Below are positions 54,811-64,000 of a stretch of DNA of 64,000 nt, one piece after another. Source of the DNA: the human T2T-CHM13v2.0 reference genome, Homo sapiens. The stretch is taken from positions 33,088,001 to 33,152,000 of the forward strand of contig CP068257.2 of NCBI GenBank assembly GCA_009914755.4, read 5' to 3'. Under the pieces are notes generated by a model, which worked only from the letters and a program-made list of their open reading frames with translations, was not told the origin of the DNA and did no database searches. The translations under genes were made by a program, and so were the position numbers. How positions within the stretch are numbered: position 1 is the first letter of the stretch; the number at the start of each line of letters is the position of its first letter.

Positions 54811-55536
54811 CCAGGTGGAGGATGGACCACCTGGGAACCAGAATGGTGGTGATGAGGCCCCCAACATGGCCTAGAGCAGCCCTCCCCATGGTCCCCTCTG
54901 GGTTGAGTCTCGGGCTCCTCCCATGCCCCAGCTGAGCCCATAGGTCTCCTGTGTACCAGCAGCCTGTTGACCAGAATAAGCAGTGCCTGGCACAGGCCCT
55001 GGAGGCTTCATGTTATAGCCCATAAACAACGCCGTATTTATTGACGGATGACTATCATTGTCAAGTTTCCAGCCACCACCCCACCTTCCATAGGACCAGC
55101 AGGCTGGCTCCTGGCTGGCACCAAGAGTGAGCGGCTTGGGCATTTAATCAGGTTCAGGTAACAGGTAAGGACTGGTTCCCCAGCTAGGGAAAAACACAGT
55201 GAATATTTTGGATTGAGCCATGTGTGCCGCATCTTGCTGGAGCTTGCAGGCCCCTTGGAGGCTCTCAGACGGCTCTTAATTAATTGCTGGAGCCAAGTGG
55301 GGCAATCTTGTGAGCGCTGTTGCTTTTGCTCATCTGATCCAGCCATGCTCAGGGGAGGGTGAGGAGCTGGCCTTGGATTTAGGGGATGAATGGGGTGGGC
55401 TGGGATATGGGAGGAGCTCAGTGGCCTGGCCAAGATGGTTGGGACAAAGCTTGGAATAGCCAACCTGTTTGTCAAGCAAATGGACAGGCCCTTTCTTCCA
55501 GGCAGAGAAAGACCTTGCTTCAGCTCCCTGGCTTGG

Positions 55537-55700
55537 GGAGGAGAGACCCAGATTCGAATCCTAGCTCTACTACTAACTAACTCTGGGACCATGGGGCAAT
55601 TAGCTGCTTTAAGCTTCACTGTCTCATCTGTAAAATGCATGCAGTGATACTACCTCGAAGGATTGTGGTGGGAATCAAATGAGATGAGGGTAATGCCATG
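55537..55700 (+). mobile_element. MIR SINE
   Basis: GAGACCCAGATTCGAATCCTAGCTCTACTACTAACTAACTCTGGGACCATGGGGCAATTAGCTGCTTTAAGCTTCACTGTCTCATCTGTAAAATGCATGCAGTGATACTACCTCGAAGGATTGTGGTGGGAATCAAATGAGATGAGGGTAATGC is close to the MIR consensus. Confidence 0.8.
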
Positions 55701-58700
55701 CACCATAGTCCCTGCAAGGCCACTGGGTCCCTGTAAGGCCACTGATCAGTGGGGCATGCCAACACTAGAGGCAGTGCTAACCCTAGGAGGCGGGGACAGC
55801 AGAAGAGATCTCAGGTGGGCCCATGTCCCTAAGGGGAGAACGAGCCCTGGGCACCAGGGACATCATGCAGTGAAGATGCTGGAGGTGGGAATGGGGTTGC
55901 AAGTGCCAGGGACCATCTCCTTAACTCCTCTGCACTCATGCATGCAGCTCCTGCAAGGCTTGGCAGAGCTCGGGCTGAAGAGGAAAGGCTCCTGCCTACC
56001 CAGCCATAGGTCCCCAGTGGATGCAAAGGGAACTTTTCCTTGGTCCTGGTCCTCAGTGGAACCCGTTTTGTTTCGATTGTCCCTGACCTGGCCTGTGCTC
56101 TCGCTGCACCATCCTGTGGAACACAGACACCTGGAGAGTCAGAGCTGGCTGGATCTTTGGAAGGGCACAGTCACAGCTGCACCCGCCACTCCTTCCCATC
56201 CCAGGCTCGATACTTCAGTAATCCTTGCTGCCTGAGCTTCCCTTATGGGTCCCAGGTCACACCTTCTTTCCTCCTATTCTGTTTGCTGAGATACCTTCTC
56301 TTCAAATCCTTCTCCTATAGAGAGGTTTCCATGAGCCGTGGGATGGGATGGGTGTGGCCCTCTTCTGGGATCCAGAGCTCCATGGAGAGCCCTCTGACTT
56401 GGTTCCTGACTCCTTCTGCAGACCTTGTCTCCATCTTGCTTCCCTCCTCCATCAGTCCTCTAGGCCTTGAGGACAGGCACTGAGTCTTACTGCAGTGTTG
56501 AGGCTCCAAGATGGCAGTGATCTCCCAATAAATATTTGCTAACCTCAGCTGATTTCTTTACTTTATGATGTAAGAATTGAAGCTACAAGAGGGTCTGTGA
56601 CCTGCCTAAAGTCATATGCAAATTAACCAGATCTTGGCTCCAGTAGTCTACTTTGACTCGAGTGCTGTTTCCCTTAAATCATGCAGCTTGTCAGGTCAGG
56701 TCAAGCATAGCCTGGATCTCACCACATTCTTACGGGATTGAAGGATGTAATATTAATGACTCAGTAGGCTTGGAATCAGCCAATCAGCAAGTGCTCCTTG
56801 AACCCCTTGATATGGAAGGTACAGGTAGAGAAGGTAGTAATTTTTCACAAGTCTCAAACTCAGCTATGTAGAAATATAGATTTGGTTTTCTTCCCTTATT
56901 TTTAATAGATTATACAATCATATTACATAAAAGCAAAACCAATACAAAAAAGCTACAACTTTTTACGTCTTATTTATATTTTCTTAGATTTTATGAATCT
57001 TTGAAAAATATAACCAAAGTGAATATATGTTCTTAATTTTCCCTTTTTGCATAAAGCCTATTGCATACACCATTTTGCACCTTGATTTCTTTGTTTCCTT
57101 TCCATACTTTTATGTAGAGAGCTTCTTTACTGTTTTATAGCTGTAGAATATTCCATTATTGATTTAACCTGCCTCCTATTGGGGGACAATTGGTTGTTTT
57201 CAATCTTTCCTTATTATAAACAAAACTGCAGTGAATAACCACAGCCGATAGGAAGGCTGATAGGAAAAATTTCCAGAAAAGCAATCACTAAGGTAGAGGG
57301 CAAATGCTTTTGTAAGTTTTATAGATGTTTTCAAATTTCCCTCTGCAAGGCTGTGATAATTTAGGCCTGCATTGGCCCTGGTGAGAGTCAGCCTACCAGC
57401 CACAGCCCCACCAGCCACAGCCCCACCAGCAGTGTCAACTCAGTTTCCATTCAGAGTCCTCCTTCCACCTAGTGGTAGAAACAATCTTAATGAATTTAGG
57501 GTAAATGCATTCATATACACTGGATTTTTCTTGGATAGTTTAGGACTTAGCTCAGTGAGCTCAGGAGTTTCTGTCTTTCCTTTCTTCCCAGAAAAGCAGC
57601 TGCCTAAACCACAGCATCTGGTGTCAACATTCTCTGCCCTCTTTGGCTTTGGCCAAGATGCCTGTGGTCCCAACATGGCAGTCAGCACATGGCTGTCTGT
57701 GTTTTACTCTTCTCCTTCCTCCTCCTCCTCCTTCTTTTTCTTCATCTTTTGGATCGCAGGTACACAGAATTGGATTAATCATAAACTTTGGGTCATGCCA
57801 AACTCTCACCATGGCCCACTTCTATTTAGTTAATTATTTATAATAATGATTAAAATAATTAGTTATGTTATGAGATGCCTGTTGTTAAAGATGAACAAAG
57901 CCAGATACTAGCTAAAGTGGCGAGGACAGATTTTAATCAGGAATAACTATTGCAATGGGGAGAAGAGTTCAATGTGACTTGAACTTGGATTTGTACAGAG
58001 GTAACTGCACATTTTAAAGGGAGAATGAGGGAGCAGGCAGGGGCAAGTGGGGGCTCAGCAGAATCAGGAAAGTGAAAAATTACACAGAGTTCACCAGCAA
58101 AAATGTGACTAGGCCAGCTGTGTCTGCTGGCTGACAATTATCAAAGTTAGGATTCTCTCCTCCCATGGAGACTGGGAGGCAGAAGCCCTGTCCTCAGGTT
58201 TTGGCTGGAACAAACAGTAGATTTTTTTTGCTAGCCTTGAGTTTTCTCATGCAGGCACTTTGAGGAGGGTAGGGCCATCCTAGGGATGTGGCCTTGGGCT
58301 GTTAGAAAAGACATTAGCGTTTGCTCAAGTCTTTATTGCAAGGCTGAGGCCTAGTGGAGAGGAGGGCCCTGAGAAGGCTGGCTAAAGTTCCATCAGAGAG
58401 AGTCTTTGTCATGGAGACCCTACTGAGGTCTCCAGTCATCAGCCCCCACCTCTGATTCCTTCCTATCCTGACCGTGAGGTCCCAGGCACACCCCTCTCAG
58501 GGAGAGAGGACAAGTTCTGGTGCTCTCTGAGGCTCTCTGGTACTATCTTGGCCATCTCTTCTTAGCCCTGCTGCCTTTTCTACTCAACTGCTTTTGGGGG
58601 TGGGAGGTAGGGGAGCAATTCTTTGAGGGCCCAGGCTGGGGAAGGAGTGATAGGAATTGGTGTGCTGGCAAATGTCTCCCAATTGGCTCTGATAGCAAGG

Positions 58701-59089
58701 GGAGAGGTGTGCAGAAAGGCCTGAATCTATAGCACTTGCTGATTTCAGGGACATGAAAACTCCCATTAAGGTCAATTTCAGGCTACCAGCCTCAAGCAGT
58801 TCACAAAATTCCTGAAAATTTAACAATTGGCTGCCAGCATGGGCCAGCTCCAAGCTTACCTGTGGGGAAAAACTTGTCTAGTCTCCAGGGAAAGGGTCAC
58901 GGTCATCTAGTTCTTGTGTGTGCTCTTTTCTACCAAGTGTCCTTGACCAGGGCTTGATATTCTTTGGGAGTTCAAAAACCTCCTCTTGCAAATTAAAAAC
59001 CTTGACCCTGATGTGACACCCAGAGGCCTGACTTGGAACACCAAAGGCATAACTTTTACTCTGATCTCTCTCTCTCTCTCTCTTTTTTT

Positions 59090-59457
<368 letters not shown>

Positions 59458-60589
59458 CCCTCTCAGTGGTTAGCATATACCACTGTAGCAATAAAGGAAG
59501 AGAGTTGTGGGGAGAATAAGGAAGTGTAGGGAAGAGAGTACCTCCACTCGAAAAGGAATTTTAATCTGCTTTGCTTCTGTTGTTTATGGGTGGCATATCA
59601 CTGATGCCCCATAAAGATTTGTAGAATTAATATGTATCTAAAAATCTTATCTTGCTACTCAAAGAAGTGGAAGCCATAGCTCTTGCCCTCATGGAGCTTA
59701 CAGTTGGTATACGATATAGAATGAATGATGTAATAAAAGGCAAGTGCCAAATTATGGCCCAGACAGTGAGTCTTGGTGATTGTCTGAAGGATGCAGAGGC
59801 TGCCATGGGCCAGCAGTGCTTTGTGGAGAAGATGGGAATTGTACTAAGCCTTGAAGGTTGCTGCTTCTGGAATAAGCTCAAGGACAACTAATTGAAAACA
59901 CATAATTCAGCTTTGACAGCATGTCATGGGTGTCTCACAGAAAGCCAACATAATTCTTCCTGCTTGGTCAAGAGACATATGTACAGTGTCACCAAGAAGC
60001 AAGCTTGATGGGTGAACTCCTAAGACGTTAGCTCCCCCAAGCGATTTATGGCCCAAGTTTGAGAACAGCCACATTGAATCATCAATCAGTGAGTAGTGAT
60101 GTGAGACCTGCAAGGTGTGTGAGGCTAACAGTCCCTATTCTCTAAGAGCTACCAGTCTGATCAGGAAGATCCTGACAGGCTCAGTGGACATATACATGAG
60201 CAACCCCAGAGAAATTCAGCTTGTCTGTTGTCTATCTCTGCATGGATCAGAGACTTACTTAGGGAAAGAAAATATGTGGGGAGATTATGATGAAGACCTC
60301 CCAAAATGTCCCGCATGGACATCCTAGCATCATATGGCCAGAACTCAGTCCACCACCTTCCGCCTCACAGATGCTCGAACTTTTGTGTTCTTCATCTCAG
60401 GACCTGATGACATCATCTACCTGCAAGTTGGAAATTTAGCAGTAGCCCTAGCTCACTGCATGGAATGTAATAGGCACTCAATCCATATTTCTTTTCACTC
60501 ACTTATTCATTTACTCATTCATTAATGTATTCACTAAACAAAGAACCTACTCTGTAGGGAGGTGGTATAGAATATGGGCCAAGAACATG

Positions 60590-60710
60590 CGTTCTGGAGA
60601 GAGATTACTTCAGTTGGAGTCATGGCTCTGCCACTTACTAGCTGTGCAATTATGAACAAGCTACTTTTCTAAGGCTCGGCTGCTCTATGTGTAATATGAA
60701 AATAATAATA
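60590..60710 (+). mobile_element. MIR SINE fragment
   Basis: GGAGTCATGGCTCTGCCACTTACTAGCTGTGCAATTATGAACAAGCTACTTTTCTAAGGCTCGGCTGCTCTATGTGTAATATGAAAATAATAATA. Confidence 0.7.
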
Positions 60711-60719
60711 TATCTCTTG

Positions 60720-60840
60720 GCCAGGTGTGATTGCTCACATCTTCAATCACTGCATTTTGGGAGGCTGAGGTAGGCAGCTCTCTTGAGCCCAGGAGTTTGA
60801 GACCAGCTTGGGCAACATAGTGAGACCCTGTCTCTAAAAA
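60720..60840 (+). mobile_element. Alu monomer (FLAM-like)
   Basis: GGCCAGGTGTGATTGCTCACATCTTCAATCACTGCATTTTGGGAGGCTGAGGTAGGCAGCTCTCTTGAGCCCAGGAGTTTGAGACCAGCTTGGGCAACATAGTGAGACCCTGTCTCTAAAAAG. Confidence 0.8.
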
Positions 60841-60849
60841 GAATATATG

Positions 60850-60928
60850 TATACACATATATACCCATACATATTGGTGACTGTCTGAAGGATGGAGAGG
60901 CTGCCATGTATGGGTATATATGTGTATA
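60850..60928. repeat. Perfect 23-bp inverted repeat (TATACACATATATACCCATACAT and ATGTATGGGTATATATGTGTATA) enclosing a 33-nt loop copied from 59774-59809
   Basis: Read directly. The loop ATTGGTGACTGTCTGAAGGATGGAGAGGCTGCC has 33/36 identity to TGGTGATTGTCTGAAGGATGCAGAGGCTGCCATGGG 1.1 kb upstream. Confidence 0.9.
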
Positions 60929-61809
60929 TATGTGTGTCTATATATAGACATATATTGTTTTATATGTCTATAAATATTTTAAAGAGGTTATTTCAAAGAT
61001 CATTTAAATAAGATAATCCATGCCAAGTGCTTCATAAAGAGCCAAGCACAGGGTTAGCACTTAATAGGCTTGTCCTTTATGAGGATTGCCAGCAGCCACC
61101 ATTACTGTTACTGCTGTTGTCACTTAGCAGGAGTATGGCTAAATGCAGCCCTGCTCTTGCACCAGAGAAGTTCTGTTGTCTCTTTTCTGGGGGTGCATGT
61201 CACCCTTACCAAAAATGTGTGTGGCCCCTTTAATAAAATCATCTACTGGAAGTAGAAGCCACCAGGTAGACTTGAGTCTTGGGGAAACACAAAACAAAAC
61301 TGAGTCCCTCTAAATATCCCTTATAGATCCATGCATGGAGGGCCTCTATCTGGATCCTTCTCAATGCAGGGAATGGAGTCTCAATTCCTTACCTCAAATG
61401 CCCCTGTGACCCTGGGCTGCCCCAGTCCATGGCTGGGTTGACTTCAGTGGCTTTTGTGCCCCAGCCTCATTCCCAACAGCAGGATGCCAAAATATGATCC
61501 TGGATGCACTCTGGAAACATTTACCACTTGCCAAAGGGAAAGGACGGATTCTGGCCTGTGTCTGACTAATTAATGACCTTGAATGAGCCAGTTCACCCAT
61601 AGGTGCCTCTGCTGCATTAGATAAATTCAAGTGCCCCTCTATGCCTTATTCTATGATTATTTGAAGAGCTTTTGGGTTGACCTCCATGGGGCAGATGACT
61701 CACCTCCTAAATGAAGTTAGTGGCTGGGAGGAAGGGGTAAAACCGCCATAACTGAGCACAAGTTACTTTCAGGCACTCTGCGGGGCATTTTTTTCCTCCA
61801 TGTCATCTG

Positions 61810-61910
61810 ATTTACCCCTCATAATAACCCTATGAAAGGTATGTTATTAGTCCCATTTTGTGCATTGGGAAAGTGAGGTTTAGAACAATGAAGTACCATA
61901 TCCAAATTCA
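61810..61910 (-). mobile_element. MIR SINE fragment (minus)
   Basis: CCTATGAAAGGTATGTTATTAGTCCCATTTTGTGCATTGGGAAAGTGAGGTTTAGAACAATGAAG matches the reverse complement of the MIR core (CCCATTTTACAGATGAGGAAACTGAGGCTCAGAGAG). Confidence 0.6.
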
Positions 61911-62758
61911 TGGCAAGGTGTGGATTTTTTTTTTTTTTTTTGCCAACATTTGGTCTTACTGCAGTCTGTGTTCTATCCATCACCCTACGCTGGATAATCT
62001 GGCTCTAAAAATCAGTGGGGGAAAATGGAGTCTATATAGCCATGTTCATGAATTTAACTGAAGTAGTTTAAATGAACTTTGCTAAATTGTAGTCCAAGGC
62101 AAATATATGGTCGATAGTTCAATAATTCTGGGTTTTTAAAATTTTTGGATGACTTGGTATTATGATAGTAGCTATGTAATCTTGAAAAAAATCACTGCAC
62201 TTACTAGTATTTCCATTTCCTCATATGTACAATGGAAACATGTACACCCTATGCTACCTCTGATGACTAAAGTGAAGAGTGAACAAGTAATGTACAAATG
62301 CACTTTTTGGATTGTAAATGCTATGCAACTTTGATTTAGTATATAACTTGGATTGTTAGATCTGGAATATCTAAACAACTACTTTTAGTTCCAATGTGTA
62401 AATCCATTTATAGAGGTTTTTGCATGAAAATATACAGAGAGACAGAAAAATACATAAATCATAACTAATGATGTAGCTTGATGGGTTATTCCAAAATGAA
62501 CACACTCCTGAGAACCTAACACCCATATGAGGGATAGAGTATTATCCAGACCCTAGAAGTTCTCTTAAGCCTCCTCCTAACCACTACCTGCTGCATCCTT
62601 TGTAGAGGTGATCACTATCCTGACCTCTACAACATAGATTAGTTTTGCCTATTTCTGAACTTTATATAAACAGAATCATACAGTATGTATTATTTTATGT
62701 TTTGCTTCTTAAACACGAAGGTAACAGTTGTGTTTTAAAAAAGAATGTTTGTGAGATA

Positions 62759-62998
62759 GCCGGGTGCAGTGGCTCACGCCTGTAATCCCAGCACTTTGGG
62801 TGGCTAAGTTGGGCAGATCACTTGAGGTCAGGAGTTCGAGACCAGTCTGGCCAACACGGCGAAACCCCATCTCTACTAAAAATATGAAACTTAGCCAGGC
62901 GTAGTGGTGCACACCCATAGTCCCAGCTACTCGGTAGGCTGAGGCAGGAGAATTGCTTGAACCCGGGAAGTGGAGGTTCCAGTGAGCCGAGATGGCAC
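62759..62998 (+). mobile_element. Alu, 3'-truncated with a degraded tail, flanked by a target-site duplication of about 22 bp
   Basis: AGCCGGGTGCAGTGGCTCACGCCTGTAATCCCAGCACTTTGGGTGGCTAAG...GAGCCGAGATGGCACCACATACACAC. Target-site duplications AAAAAGAATGTTTGTGAGATAG and AAAAAGAATGCTTCTGAGATAG. Confidence 0.85.
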
Positions 62999-63229
62999 CA
63001 CATACACACAAAAAGAATGCTTCTGAGATAGATCTTGCTGTTGCAGCAGTTTATTCTTAATAATTTTATTAACTTTAATTTTATTAATAAATTTATTAAT
63101 TTTGTTAATAAGTTTATTAATTTTCAGGACTATATAGTATCTTATTGCATAAATACACCATGATTTATGCTAGTCTATTATATTAATTGATTATTAAATG
63201 GCAAACCACTTTGAATTTCTGGAACAAAC

Positions 63230-63935
63230 TCAACTTGGTCTGATATATTATTCTTTTGTAGATTGCAGAGTTCAGCTTGATAATACTCTGTTTAGGCTTT
63301 TTGCTGATGTGCTTATGGGAGAGATTGTTCTGTACTTTTTCCCTTCTTCTTTTGCAATGTTTGTTTTAGGTTTTGGTATTAATGTTATTTTGACTTCATA
63401 AAATGAAATGAAATGTTATTTCTTCTAAACTCTGAAGAAATTTATGTAAAATTGGTGTTATTAATTCCTTAAGTGTTTGAGAGAATTCAGCAAAGAAATA
63501 TCAGGGCTTGAAGTTTTCTTTACGGGGAGGTTTTAAATCATGGAACTAATTATTTTAATAATTAGTTATTAAATTATTATTTAATCTATTTAGAGAGTTT
63601 TTATTCTTCTGTCAGTTTGATATGTTGTGTTTTTCCGTGAATTTGTTCATTTTATCTAAATTTTCAATTAATTGGCATAGGGTTGCTTATAATATCTTAC
63701 ATCTATTTAATGTCTGTAGTGAAGTCTCCCTTTCTTTGGTCATGACATTGATGGTTTTTTTCCTTCTTTTTTTCATAATCAGTTTTGCCTAAAGCTTATG
63801 AGTTTCACACGTTTTCCAAAGAACTCATCTTGGCCAATTAAAATTATCTTCATTGCATTTGTTTTCCATTTCATTATTTCTGCTCTTATCTGTATCATTT
63901 CCTTTTATCTACTTTCTTTTTCTTTTTCTTTTTCT
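63230..63935 (-). mobile_element. Diverged L1 (ORF2 region, antisense orientation), interrupted at its right end by a minus-strand Alu
   Basis: GTCTGTAGTGAAGTCTCCCTTTCTTTGGTCATGACATTGATGG...CAGTTTTGCCTAAAGCTTATGAGTTTCACACGTTTTCCAAAGAACTCATCTTGGCCAATTAAAATTATCTTCATTGCATTTGTTTTCCATTTCATTATTTCTGCTCTTATCTGTATCATTTCCTTT parallels antisense L1 (TCTTTTCAAAGAACCAGCTTTTGGTTTTGTTGATTTTCTCTATTG...TTTCATTGATTTCTGCTCTAATCTTTATTATTTCCTT). Confidence 0.6.
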
Positions 63936-64000
63936 TTTTTTCAGACAGAGTCTCACTCTGTGGCCCAGGCTGGAGTGCAGTGGCACAATCTCGGCTCACT
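63920..64000 (-). mobile_element. Alu (minus), 5' part only, cut by the window end
   Basis: TTTTTTTCAGACAGAGTCTCACTCTGTGGCCCAGGCTGGAGTGCAGTGGCACAATCTCGGCTCACT. Confidence 0.85.

Noticed and set aside
55038-56235. Adjacent 200-aa (minus) and 190-aa (plus) ORFs
   Set aside because: Both are low-complexity, the region overlaps a MIR SINE, and neither resembles a protein family. They are interpreted as chance ORFs.

Overview
This window is human genomic DNA, not prokaryotic. It has primate Alu elements roughly every 2 kb, MIR and MaLR repeats, and is CpG-depleted. Translating five plus-strand segments bounded by canonical AG/GT splice sites reconstructs the C-terminal 217 residues of a chloride intracellular channel protein that I recognise as CLIC6 (21q22). 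These are coding exons 2-6, of 110, 126, 107, 182 and 162 nt, and the last ends ...[11 protein letters not shown] then stop. The window therefore starts inside CLIC6 intron 1; exon 1 and the promoter lie upstream, outside it. It runs through a roughly 1.8 kb 3'UTR and about 51 kb of downstream intergenic sequence. From memory, LINC00160 and the 3' end of RUNX1 lie downstream, but this cannot be verified without a search. The intergenic part contains no supportable protein-coding gene. All long six-frame ORFs there are translations of Alu, low-complexity or GC-rich sequence. Annotated repeats include at least 25 Alu insertions (several with target-site duplications visible directly), MIR fragments, two MaLR LTRs (MST-like and THE1-like), old L1 pieces, one MADE1 mariner MITE, an interstitial telomeric (CCCTAA)n array, and numerous microsatellites. 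I found no CRISPR array, rRNA, tRNA or novel gene system. The hunt section lists structural oddities worth a second look: the telomeric array, a spacerless head-to-head Alu palindrome, a copied segment embedded in a perfect 23-bp inverted repeat, a 410-bp G-depleted (GGAT)n tract, a 250-bp polypurine tract, an inverted Alu pair at the CLIC6 3' end, a 12-kb Alu-free zone, and a duplicated 165-bp segment.
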